From positions 44,857 to 108,856 of the forward strand of contig JBPOHW010000001.1 in the NCBI GenBank assembly GCA_052035095.1: a stretch of 64,000 bases of DNA, written 5' to 3'. Made by a program: the position numbers and the translations under genes. Below are positions 49,180 through 57,705 of this stretch, piece after piece (the stretch's first letter is position 1; the number at the start of each line of letters is the position of its first letter). The stretch comes from Candidatus Moraniibacteriota bacterium. Its GTDB lineage: Bacteria; Patescibacteriota; Minisyncoccia; Moranbacterales; UBA1568. The notes beneath the pieces were generated by a model. That model was not told where the DNA came from. It saw nothing but the letters and a program-made list of their open reading frames with translations, and did not search any database.

Positions 49180-49208
49180 GTTTCCCGAAATTATTGAGTT
49201 TCGGGAAC

Positions 49209-49502
49209 ATGACACAGGTATTTAGCCAAACACTTCGAAACCAAATCAAAGCGTACTTTGAAAAACGCCACTCTTTAACAATTTCCGACAACAAAGCCGA
49301 CGAATATTTGCATTCATTGGATGGTTTGTGTTCGGCACTCGGTACCCGTTCTCCTGTGGCTTCCGGTGAAACAAGGTTTCCGAAGGAAACCTACAGGGGC
49401 ACCCGCATTTCCCGAGTGCGGGTCAAGGTGGAGGCGCCGAAGGCGCACGACCTTGACGCGCCAGCGAGGGAAATGCAAGCACCCGGTGTTCCTCTCTCTT
49501 AA
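49209..49502 (+). CDS. Small helical protein upstream of rep (possible regulator or directionality factor)
   Basis: MTQVFSQTLRNQIKAYFEKRHSLTISDNKADEYL; 3' half runs through the putative origin hairpins. Confidence 0.45.
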   Translation: MTQVFSQTLRNQIKAYFEKRHSLTISDNKADEYLHSLDGLCSALGTRSPVASGETRFPKETYRGTRISRVRVKVEAPKAHDLDAPAREMQAPGVPLS

Positions 49503-49512
49503 CTTGATTCTA
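49360..49512 (+). other. Putative rolling-circle double-strand origin
   Basis: GC-rich hairpins (ACCCGCA..TGCGGGT; TCAAGGT..ACCTTGA) followed by AACTTGAT (49501-49508), similar to the phiX174/pC194 nick motif CTTG^AT, directly before rep. Confidence 0.5.
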
Positions 49513-49535
49513 AACACACATCTACAGAATTTCGT

Positions 49536-50270
49536 ATGGTATTTTATTCTCGAAAACTCATTATCTCCGGCGAATATTTCGAGGTGTACGCGTACGAAAT
49601 AACCCAGAGGCGCGATTTCACGCGAAAAAAGAAACCGCTTCTGAAAAAAATGGACGACGATATCGAAGTGGGAGAAAAAGGAAAATTGGAAGTAGCCAAG
49701 CGCAAAGACTCCATTCATCGGACACGCACCGAAATACGGCGTCTCGTAAACAGCAATATGGACTTTTCAAAATTCTACACGCTGACCTTCAAAGAAAATA
49801 TCAAAGAAGTAAACATCGCCAACAAGCATTTCAACAAATTCATCATGCGCATGGAGTACCGCTATGGAAAATTCATCTACCTTGCCGTCATCGAGTTTCA
49901 AAAGCGAGGCGCGGTGCATTATCATTTTCTCTGCAATCTTCCGTATATCGTATCCAAGGAGATTGAGAAAATATGGGGGCACGGATTTATCAAAATACGA
50001 AGAATCAAACACGTTACGAATTTGGGCGCATACTTCTGCAAGTACCTGCACAAAGACATGACTGACAAGCGGTTGTTTCGTAAAAAGAAATACTTCTGTT
50101 CAGAGAATATCGAGAGACCGACGGAAGTGTATGACAAAGAAGTCATTGAAAAACTTCTCATGCAGTATGACCTGCACGACAGGAAACCTGACTACGAAAC
50201 AAGTTTTGTGAACGAGTACACGGGAAAAGTCGAGTATAAACAATTCAAAGTAAAAGGTATCGTTGCTTGA
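49536..50270 (+). CDS. HUH rolling-circle replication initiator (Rep)
   Basis: Motif I FYTLTF, motif II EFQKRGAVHYH, motif III YFCKY. Confidence 0.88.
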   Translation: MVFYSRKLIISGEYFEVYAYEITQRRDFTRKKKPLLKKMDDDIEVGEKGKLEVAKRKDSIHRTRTEIRRLVNSNMDFSKFYTLTFKENIKEVNIANKHFNKFIMRMEYRYGKFIYLAVIEFQKRGAVHYHFLCNLPYIVSKEIEKIWGHGFIKIRRIKHVTNLGAYFCKYLHKDMTDKRLFRKKKYFCSENIERPTEVYDKEVIEKLLMQYDLHDRKPDYETSFVNEYTGKVEYKQFKVKGIVA

Positions 50271-50322
50271 TATTTTCTTTTTCTTTCGTTACGGTATGAA
50301 TACCGTGAACGCTATAAACACT

Positions 50323-51792
50323 ATGAAATACATCCTCTACGCCCGAAAGTCCACAGAACAGGAAGAACGCCAAGCGATGTCCATCGAGTCGCAGGAAAAC
50401 GAAATGGTGCGTCTCGCGGAAAAGTCGGGGATTCGCATTGAGAAAACCTACAAAGAAAGCATGTCGGCGAAACAAACAGGACGACCCATTTTCAATGAAA
50501 TGCTGGACTCTCTCGGAAAGAACAAAGACTGCGTTGTATTCGCATGGAAACCCGACCGTCTTTCACGAAACATCATTGACGGCGGAAAACTGGTCGAACT
50601 TCTTGAAAGAGGAAATATCAAAGAAATTCGGACGATTGATAAAGTCATCACCGACAACCCGACGGACAAGTTTATGCTTCTCCTTGACTTCGGCGTGGGC
50701 AAGAAATATTCCGACGACCTTTCCGTGAATGTGAAACGAGGCAATCGCGCCAAACTTGAAAAAGGAGGATGGCCGGGGATTGCCCCTCTCGGGTATCTCA
50801 ATGACAAACTCAACAAAACCATCGTCGTTGACGAAGAACGCGCGCTGTATATTAAAAAAGCATTCGAACTCTACGCTATGGGAGGAAAAAGCGTCATGGA
50901 GGTGGCGAATGTTCTCTATGAGAGAGGCTTCCGTTCGCGGACGGGTCAGAAAATACACAAAAGCAAAATTCACACGATACTCTCCGACCCGTTTTACTCC
51001 GGCATGATGAAACGGAACGACGTAGTGTACCAAGGAAAACATGAACCGATAGTCTCTCACGAACTTTTCGAGAAAGTCCAAGACGTACTCTTTCGGAGAA
51101 TACACACCAAAATGCAAACGCTGTTCTTTCCGCTTCGGGGATATATCAAGTGCGGAAGCTGTGGTTGCGCGTTTACCGCAAGCCGCAAAAAAGGACACGA
51201 TTATTACTACTGCACCAACGGCAAGGGACAGTGCGAGGAACACAAGCGGTATATGCGTTCCGAGAAGATGGAAACACTTATTTCAACCGTCTTTGATGAA
51301 ATATCTTTTGACGAAGAACTCATCGAACTTGCCTACCTCGCACAAAAGGAAAGAGGAAAACACGACGAGACCTACAAAGAAGCCTCGCGCGAGACCATCG
51401 TCAAGAAGCTAGAATTTGTCTCACGGAAGGAGTCGAGGCTTCTCGAGAGTTATCTGTCCGAACTCATTCCGCAAGACGTGTACGAGGCAAAAACGAAGGA
51501 ATTGCACAACGAAAAAGAAACCTTGAACGCGCAACTTCAAAAAAGCGACCAAATGTTTGGGAACGGACTCTGTACTTTGGAACATTTGAAAAACGTGTTT
51601 TTGACCGCTAATAGAACCAAAAGTGAATTTCTCAATGCGCCGAATGAGAAAAAAGCGAAGGTGCTGGAAACAGTACTTTGGAACCTTGAAATACGAAACG
51701 GAGAAATGGCTTCGGTACGCTACAAAATGCCGTATGAGATACTCAAAAAGTCGCCCAAAAACGGCGACTTTTCTACAATGCTGGGGTGCTAG
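50323..51792 (+). CDS. Large serine recombinase (integrated form with tRNA-derived C-terminus)
   Basis: YARKST catalytic Ser, DRLSRN, PLGY, recombinase domain, Zn ribbon CGSC...YYYC, coiled coil; stop lies inside the tRNA. Confidence 0.93.
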   Translation: MKYILYARKSTEQEERQAMSIESQENEMVRLAEKSGIRIEKTYKESMSAKQTGRPIFNEMLDSLGKNKDCVVFAWKPDRLSRNIIDGGKLVELLERGNIKEIRTIDKVITDNPTDKFMLLLDFGVGKKYSDDLSVNVKRGNRAKLEKGGWPGIAPLGYLNDKLNKTIVVDEERALYIKKAFELYAMGGKSVMEVANVLYERGFRSRTGQKIHKSKIHTILSDPFYSGMMKRNDVVYQGKHEPIVSHELFEKVQDVLFRRIHTKMQTLFFPLRGYIKCGSCGCAFTASRKKGHDYYYCTNGKGQCEEHKRYMRSEKMETLISTVFDEISFDEELIELAYLAQKERGKHDETYKEASRETIVKKLEFVSRKESRLLESYLSELIPQDVYEAKTKELHNEKETLNAQLQKSDQMFGNGLCTLEHLKNVFLTANRTKSEFLNAPNEKKAKVLETVLWNLEIRNGEMASVRYKMPYEILKKSPKNGDFSTMLGC

Positions 51793-51851
51793 GATTCGAA
51801 CCTAGGATCATGGGACCAGAACCCATTGCCTTACCGCTTGGCTACACCCCA
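51781..51851 (-). tRNA. tRNA-Gln(CTG)
   Basis: TGGGGTG TA GCCAAGCGGTAAGGC A ATGGG TT-CTG-GT CCCAT GATC CTAGG TTCGAAT CCTAG CACCCCA G cloverleaf. Confidence 0.95.
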
Positions 51852-52111
51852 ATAATCTCTAACTCTTCCAAGATATCACGTAATTGTTGCTTTAAGAATC
51901 GCTTCCCTTCAGTTGTCTTCAAATAACGTTCCCGCCTTTCGGCATCACTTTTCTTGAGATACGCTTCGTAATGAATAAGCTTCACTGGCAATCTCGTGCT
52001 CGTAAAATCAGCATTTCCCTCATGATGCTCTGCAATTCTTCTTTTCAAATCGCTTGTATAGCCAGTATAAAGTTGTTTGTTGTTGAGAAGAAGAATGTAT
52101 ACGTAGAACAT
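51842..52111 (-). CDS. Small stand-alone GIY-YIG nuclease
   Basis: MFYVYIL...LYTGYTSDLKRRIAEH...YEAY...A.RRERYLKT; stop codon supplied by the tRNA 5' end. Confidence 0.9.
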   Translation of the reverse strand: MFYVYILLLNNKQLYTGYTSDLKRRIAEHHEGNADFTSTRLPVKLIHYEAYLKKSDAERRERYLKTTEGKRFLKQQLRDILEELEIIGV

Positions 52112-52132
52112 ACAGAAAAATACAGCAAAGGA

Positions 52133-52232
52133 AGGATTCGCCATGTCATTCGACATGGCGCCCCGTCGGATGACGGGGCGAACCTAGGATCATGGGACCA
52201 GAACCCATTGCCTTACCGCTTGGCTACACCCC
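52133..52232 (-). pseudogene. tRNA-Gln pseudocopy with two hairpins inserted in the T-loop and no 3' acceptor strand
   Basis: Identical to the tRNA up to GGTTCG, then CCCCGTCATCCGACGGGGCG and CCATGTCGAATGACATGGCG, then AATCCT. Confidence 0.8.
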
Positions 52233-52244
52233 AAGAATATTTTA

Positions 52245-52311
52245 ATTGCCTTACCCGCCTCGACTCGTTGAAGCTCATCTTCGGCGAGGCGGGCCACTTG
52301 GCTACACCCCA
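52245..52311 (-). pseudogene. tRNA-Gln 5' fragment with a hairpin inserted in the D-loop
   Basis: TGGGGTGTAGCCAAGTGG-[CCCGCCTCG...CGAGGCGGG]-TAAGGCAA. Confidence 0.75.
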
Positions 52312-52394
52312 AGAATTTTTCAAAAGAAAAGGGAGGACGCGATGCCCTTCCCGGATAATAGCCAAAAATTGAGGAAAAATCAAGGTGATTCGCG

Positions 52395-53324
52395 CTATAT
52401 CTTCATATAGCGACGGACGGCGAGGAAGCCGCTCAAGGAGCCGATGAAAATACCAAGGGTAAACAGAATAAGGAAAATCCAAAAAAGATTGGCAGTGAAT
52501 GATCCCATAAGGCCGGTTCCCTCGATCATACTTCGCGTAAAGGGATTGAAACGCTGGAAGGAAATGTAGGCGTAGAGAAACACTACCGATACGAGAGAGG
52601 CGATACTTCCGTAGAGAATGCCTTCGACGACGGAGGGGGTGCGCACGTAGAGATTTGACGCGCCGACCAAGCGCATAATCTCAAAGTCTTCGCGTCTGGA
52701 AAACATCGTGAGGCGAATGGTATTGAACGTGACGAGAAACGCGATAAGGAGGAAGATAACACCGAGAATCGCTCCCTGCCGGATCACTTCGCGATTTATG
52801 GCGGTGAGCTGATTTATGATAGACTCATTCTCTCGATAGTTGAGACGGAAAATATCGTTTCTAAATGAGGACTGTTCGATGGCGTCGTTGATGACACGAT
52901 ATTCTTCCGGCGTCCGTGCCTTGATCGAGAGCGAGGCGTAGAGCGGATTCTCACCGATTTCTTCGAGCGCCTGTTCGATCACGTCTTTATTTCCCGCCGC
53001 TTCGCTCTGCGCGCGGAACTTTTCGAGTGCCGTTTCGCGAGAGGTATAGGAAATATCTCGAATTTCGCGATATTTCTTCAACTCGGACTGAATGGCGAGG
53101 ATACGTTCTTCGCTCACGTCCGCATCAAACGACACAGTGATATCCATTTTTTCCTCGAGATTTTTCAGAATGGACCGCGTCGCCAACGCTTCGACACCCG
53201 CGAGCCCGATTACAAAAAGCGCGAGCGCGATTGTCAGAATGGCGGACACCGAGAGCCAGCCGCTCCGCACAAAACTTCGCCCTCCCTCTCGAATCGCCCT
53301 GATAAGTTTTATTCCTTTTGGCAT
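52395..53324 (-). CDS. ftsX: Cell division permease FtsX
   Basis: NPL, NTIRLTMFSRREDFEIMRLVGAS, EG motif; paired with ftsE. Confidence 0.93.
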   Translation of the reverse strand: MPKGIKLIRAIREGGRSFVRSGWLSVSAILTIALALFVIGLAGVEALATRSILKNLEEKMDITVSFDADVSEERILAIQSELKKYREIRDISYTSRETALEKFRAQSEAAGNKDVIEQALEEIGENPLYASLSIKARTPEEYRVINDAIEQSSFRNDIFRLNYRENESIINQLTAINREVIRQGAILGVIFLLIAFLVTFNTIRLTMFSRREDFEIMRLVGASNLYVRTPSVVEGILYGSIASLVSVVFLYAYISFQRFNPFTRSMIEGTGLMGSFTANLFWIFLILFTLGIFIGSLSGFLAVRRYMKI

Positions 53325-53336
53325 AAAAGTAAACCA

Positions 53337-53468
53337 AGCACCAAATTCAAAATTCCAAGCTCCAAATAAATATCAACTCTCAATACTCAAAAACGTACAA
53401 AAAATGTTTCTGCTTGATATTTGTATTTTGATGCTTATTTGGAACTTGTGATTTGATTCTTGAAATTT
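53337..53468. repeat. Heptamer-periodic inverted-repeat element, copy 3
   Basis: AAGCACCAAATTCAAAATTCCAAGCTCCAAATAA ... TTATTTGGAACTTG. Confidence 0.8.
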
Positions 53469-53474
53469 TATTCT

Positions 53475-54155
53475 TCACACTATATATTTTCCCTCCTTTT
53501 CGTCGCGCGCGATAGTACCGCCGGCAAGGGTGACGACGCGCTTCTCGAGACTGTCCACGATGGGTTTGTTGTGGGTCGCGAGGAGCACGGTCGTTCCCAT
53601 GCTGTTGATTTCAAGGAGGAGGCGGATAATGTCTTGGGCGGAAGCGGGATCGAGATTTCCGGTCGGCTCGTCGGCAATGAGGACGGAAGGGCGATGGATG
53701 AGCGCGCGCGCCAGAGAGACTCGTTGTTGCTCGCCGCCGGAGAGTTGCTTAGGATAGTTATTCGCCTTGTCGAGGAGGCGCACGATTTCCAAAATTTGCG
53801 GCACTTCCTCGGCGATTTCCGCCGTCGTTTTCCCGTCGATTTCGAGCGCGTAGGCGATATTTTCAAACACGGTCCGTTGCGAGAGGAGTTTGAAATCTTG
53901 AAACACGGTACCGAAATTGCGCCGATAGTACGGAAGAAGTCGCCGCTTGATGGTTCCGATCGATCGGTCACCAAAAAATATCTCGCCCGCCGTCGGCTCT
54001 TCTTCGGCATAGATGAGCTTGAGGAGCGTCGACTTCCCCGCCCCGCTCTGCCCCACAAACGACACAAACTCCCCCGGCTCGATCATCAGATTGAGATCTT
54101 TCAACACCAGCACATCACCCGGATAAATTTTGGTCACATTTTCAAAACGAATCAT
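53475..54155 (-). CDS. ftsE: Cell division ATPase FtsE
   Basis: GQSGAGKST, VFQDFKLL, LSGGEQQRV, ADEPTGNLDP. Confidence 0.95.
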   Translation of the reverse strand: MIRFENVTKIYPGDVLVLKDLNLMIEPGEFVSFVGQSGAGKSTLLKLIYAEEEPTAGEIFFGDRSIGTIKRRLLPYYRRNFGTVFQDFKLLSQRTVFENIAYALEIDGKTTAEIAEEVPQILEIVRLLDKANNYPKQLSGGEQQRVSLARALIHRPSVLIADEPTGNLDPASAQDIIRLLLEINSMGTTVLLATHNKPIVDSLEKRVVTLAGGTIARDEKEGKYIV

Positions 54156-54166
54156 AAAGGAGAAGA

Positions 54167-54291
54167 AAATTTCAAATTCAAAATTACAAGTTCCAAATAA
54201 GCACCAAATAACAAACAGGGATTCTTTAAGACGTTTTTAACATTGAGATTTTGAAATTTATTTGGAACTTGTCATTTTGAATTTGGTGCTT
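54167..54291. repeat. Heptamer-periodic inverted-repeat element, copy 4
   Basis: CAAATTCAAAATTACAAGTTCCAAATAA ... TTATTTGGAACTTGTCATTTTGAATTTGGTGCTT. Confidence 0.8.
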
Positions 54292-54302
54292 ACACTTCCA
54301 CA

Positions 54303-55380
54303 TTACATTCTCAAAAAGGCTTCCATGAATTCATCGAGTTTACCATCCAGCACTTCATAGACCTGTGGGGTTTCATATTTTGTCCGGTGATCTTTGACAA
54401 GCGTATAGGGGTGGAGGACATAGGAGCGAATCTGGCTTCCGAAATCCGCGCTTTTTTGTTCACCGCGGAGCGCACGTTTCTCGTCTTCTTCCGACTGGAG
54501 TCGCTGTTGCTCGAGCTTGGCGCGGAGCATCGTCATCGCGGTTTCCTTGTTCTGGAGCTGGGAACGTTCAGTTTGACACGAAACGACAATGCCGGTCGGA
54601 ATATGCTTGATACGGACGGCAGTCTCGGTCTTGTTGACATTTTGTCCACCCGCGCCCGAGGATCGATAGGTTCCCACTTCCAAATCTTCTGATCGCACTT
54701 CAACACCCTCTTTGGCGGACAGCACCGGCAGAACCTCCACCGACGCAAACGAGGTCTGTCGCAAATGATCCGCATTGAAGGGCGAGAGCCGGACTAGGCG
54801 GTGCGTCCCCATTTCACTGCGGAGATATCCGTAGGCATAGTCACCATCAATCTCGATCGCGACACTCTTGATACCCGCCTCATTCCCTCTCGATTCTTCA
54901 AGAACCTGCGCCCGAAACCCGCGCCGCTCGGCCCACCGAAGATACATCCGGAGAATCATCTCCGCCCAGTCCTGCGCGTCCACTCCCCCAGCGCCACTCT
55001 TTATTGCGAGGATCGCGCTGTGGCGGTCGTAGGTCCCGCCAAGGCGAGTCTTGAACTCAAGCGCCGCAATCTCCCCTTGAACGCGCGCGTACTGCCTCTC
55101 GACATCGCTCGCTTCCTGCCCCTCGAGTCCCATCTCGGAGAGCTCTCGAATATCATCCAGTTCTTTCGCGAGCCGCTCAAACAAATTCCTCTCCGAGCGA
55201 AGCGCCTCAAGCTCCTTCATCACCTGCCCGGCTTCTTGGGTATCGTTCCAAAAATTCTCCGCCCGCGAAAGCGCCTCGAGCTCGGCAACTTTCTGCCCCT
55301 TCCCGGCAACGTCAAAGAGAGTCCCGCAAATGCAGGAGTTTACTGGCAAGCGTCTCAACCGAATTTCGAATGTCATTCAT
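54303..55380 (-). CDS. prfB: Peptide chain release factor 2 with programmed +1 frameshift
   Basis: ATG 55380 gives [22 protein letters not shown], then CTT-TGA-C (55311-55317); SPF and GGQ motifs in the +1 frame. Confidence 0.95.
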
Positions 55381-55484
55381 AGCGCAATGATATCATAGAA
55401 TTTCTTTTCTTGAAAATATCGCCCGCGCGTCTTGATTTTTCTGCTCACCTCGCCTACACTACGCTCTGTAACAAGAGAAGAAAA

Positions 55485-55557
55485 GCCACCTTAGCTCAGT
55501 TGGTAGAGCGGCACACTCGTAACGTGCAGGTCTGCGGTTCGATCCCGCAAGGTGGCT
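55485..55557 (+). tRNA. tRNA-Thr(CGT)
   Basis: GCCACCT..AGCTCAGTTGGTAGAGC..CT-CGT-AA..GGTTCGATCCC..AGGTGGCT cloverleaf. Confidence 0.9.
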
Positions 55558-56078
55558 CATCGATTTAGAATCAAATCACTGTATGAGGCGGCTACAAGGT
55601 CGTCTTTTTGTATATCGAAGAGTTTCATATATCGGTCGCACTGTTCCGAAAGCTGTTCTTTACTGATCGAGCCATCACTATCGATCGCCTCTATTTCGGC
55701 AAACGTACCCAATCCCTCCACGCGATCGAGATGAAATTTCACGTTGCCGATAAAATAAATTTCGCGATGCTTGTCCACCACGGCAAGGACGCCAAGCGAT
55801 CTTGAAAGTATTTCTTTGAGAGCCGAACCAGGTCTTGAATCATAGAGCAATATCGAAGACTCTTTCAACCCTTTCGTTTCTTTTCGATCATAAAAAATCA
55901 AGTGATTTTCAATAGTTCCCTCCCGAAGCTTGAGTCGACCATTTGAGACGTTAAAATAGGTATCAATCTGATGATCGGTTCCTCTGAAATCGGCACCTTC
56001 TTTTTTCAAAATATCCCGGATCGCGTCCTGATTGAGACACCGCGCCTTGATTTCAATGTTGGTGATGTTTTGGTTCAT
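55557..56078 (-). CDS. CYTH-domain / class IV adenylate cyclase-like triphosphatase
   Basis: NIEIKAR, QIDTYF, RLKLRE, FHLDRVEGLGTFAEIEA. Confidence 0.85.
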   Translation of the reverse strand: MNQNITNIEIKARCLNQDAIRDILKKEGADFRGTDHQIDTYFNVSNGRLKLREGTIENHLIFYDRKETKGLKESSILLYDSRPGSALKEILSRSLGVLAVVDKHREIYFIGNVKFHLDRVEGLGTFAEIEAIDSDGSISKEQLSEQCDRYMKLFDIQKDDLVAASYSDLILNR

Positions 56079-56100
56079 AGTGTTTCCCTATTCTCCCTCA

Positions 56101-56700
56101 TCAGAGTCTTTTCCTCTCATCAGAGTCTCTCGAAGAGGACTCTGATGAGGGAAAGGTTTCACCTCCTATTGTCTCCGTCAACTTCTCAAGAAGATCTTCG
56201 CGCGCAAGACAAATGGGGACGGGAAATAAAATAATCTTTTCCTCCTCCTCTTTTTTTGTATAAAAATGTCCGAGTTTTTCAAAACTTCGAAGCGTATCTC
56301 CTTTTTGCGCCGGGACAATATGCCAGTGGAGATGCTCAACACTCTGCTCAGAACCCGCTCCAAACTGGAGGAATATCTCAAAACCACACCCCGGGTAAAC
56401 TTTTTCGAGTTGCTTCATGGCAAACAGTCCGAGAGTGTGTCGGGAGACAAGTTCGTCACGCGTTTCTTCTTCCGGATGTTTGAGGTGTCGCTTGGGAACC
56501 AGCATCGTGTGCCCTTCAAATTTCGGAAAAAAATTCACTATCCAAAAATAATGCTCGTTTTCCATCAATGTTCCCGAGACATTTCGAACGCCTTGTTTCT
56601 TAATGTTCTCTTCGGAACAAAAAGGGCATTCTTTTTTCCCTTCTATCTTTTTCTTATCTCCGCTGTACGAATTCCGAAATGGACTAAAATAATATGCCAT
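56101..56700 (-). CDS. HIT-family nucleotide hydrolase
   Basis: CPFC, GHTMLVPKRH, HLHWHIVP; C-terminus extends into a palindromic repeat. Confidence 0.88.
   Translation of the reverse strand: MAYYFSPFRNSYSGDKKKIEGKKECPFCSEENIKKQGVRNVSGTLMENEHYFWIVNFFPKFEGHTMLVPKRHLKHPEEETRDELVSRHTLGLFAMKQLEKVYPGCGFEIFLQFGAGSEQSVEHLHWHIVPAQKGDTLRSFEKLGHFYTKKEEEEKIILFPVPICLAREDLLEKLTETIGGETFPSSESSSRDSDERKRL
56111..56153. repeat. TCAGAGTC-TCTCGAAGAG-GACTCTGA palindrome family, copy 1
   Basis: Further copies at 57655-57692 and 60794-60823, plus a degenerate one at 60850-60878. Confidence 0.75.
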
Positions 56701-56786
56701 AAAAGAAATGAAAGAAATTATCCCCCGTCAAAATTTCCGAAGAGGCTTTGACAGAGCCGTCTGTTCCGGTTTCGGTTGGAATGAGT

Positions 56787-56978
56787 TCATACTTCAAAAA
56801 CTTCTTTTTTTACTTTTTCGATTTCTTCCTTCTTCTCAAGCAAAACGCTTTTGTGAAGTTTATAAAGAAGCGGGATCACACCGCACACTTCGCATTCGCC
56901 CCAATTACACTTCCCGCCGTTTTCTCGCGAGAGTCTTCGGCACATGTTTATTTCACGATCAAAGATTTCTTGGTTCAT
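56787..56978 (-). CDS. Small Cys-containing hypothetical protein
   Basis: MCR...CNWGECEVCG; starts 2 nt after the HAD stop. Confidence 0.65.
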   Translation of the reverse strand: MNQEIFDREINMCRRLSRENGGKCNWGECEVCGVIPLLYKLHKSVLLEKKEEIEKVKKEVFEV

Positions 56979-56980
56979 AT

Positions 56981-57640
56981 TTACCTTATCAGAGAATACA
57001 TTTCCTTAAAGGAGGAAACGACAAAATCCGCACCTTTTTCAAGAAGAGCTTTCTTCGGAAAAGACGTAGTGATGCCGATCACCTGACAACCCGCAGCTTT
57101 GGCAGAGAGTATACCATTACCAGAGTCTTCTACCACAAATGTAGTTTCGGGATTAACACCAAGCTTACTCAACGTGAGAAGATACGGCTCGGGATGCGGC
57201 TTCCCGTTAACTACCTCGTCACCCGTCGTTATTTCATCAAAATAGTGATACAAATTGAACTTGTCAAAGACAAACTGTTGAATCATTCGACTACTCGAAG
57301 TAGTGAGCGCTATCCTGGAAATCTTCTTCCTTGTATGCGCGACAAACGCTTCCGAACCAGGAACAAGCAGGAGTCTCTCGCGAGAAATTTCCATATATCG
57401 CTTTCGCTTCTGATCAACGAGATCGGAGACAGACAACGATCCGTCTGTGAACGTATGCACAATATGAGCAAACGTATCACGATTCGGTTTCCCTTTAAAT
57501 CCAGCCCATTCCGTTTCCGGAACGGAAATTCCATGCATAGCGCACACCCAACGATCTGCTTCCAGTCCAAGTGGTTCAGAATCGGTAATCACCCCATCCA
57601 TATCGAAAATGATCGCTTCGATATTTCTGATTTTTTTCAT
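56981..57640 (-). CDS. HAD-family phosphatase (beta-PGM-like)
   Basis: FDMDGV, TSS, KPHPEPY, VEDSGNG. Confidence 0.92.
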   Translation of the reverse strand: MKKIRNIEAIIFDMDGVITDSEPLGLEADRWVCAMHGISVPETEWAGFKGKPNRDTFAHIVHTFTDGSLSVSDLVDQKRKRYMEISRERLLLVPGSEAFVAHTRKKISRIALTTSSSRMIQQFVFDKFNLYHYFDEITTGDEVVNGKPHPEPYLLTLSKLGVNPETTFVVEDSGNGILSAKAAGCQVIGITTSFPKKALLEKGADFVVSSFKEMYSLIR

Positions 57641-57654
57641 AAAGCTCTATTTTC

Positions 57655-57692
57655 TCCTCGTCAGAGTCTCTCGCAGAGGACTCTGACGAGGA
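57655..57692. repeat. TCAGAGTC palindrome family, copy 2
   Basis: TCCTCGTCAGAGTCTCTCGCAGAGGACTCTGACGAGGA. Confidence 0.75.
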
Positions 57693-57705
57693 AAGGAGAA
57701 GCGTA

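Larger units (their letters stand above)
47821..51786 (+). mobile_element. ~3.96-kb integrative rolling-circle element (Rep plus large serine recombinase) at the tRNA-Gln 3' end
   Basis: GCTGGGG core at 47821-47827 and 51780-51786; HUH Rep and recombinase inside; rejoining the ends extends the recombinase ORF in frame. Confidence 0.85.

Noticed and set aside
47821-51786. Inovirus prophage interpretation
   Set aside because: No Zot/pI ATPase or small coat-like TM genes within the element boundaries.
54303-55380. UGA recoding (genetic code 25) as in some CPR lineages
   Set aside because: prfB is present with a UGA-dependent frameshift, and conserved genes end at TGA.
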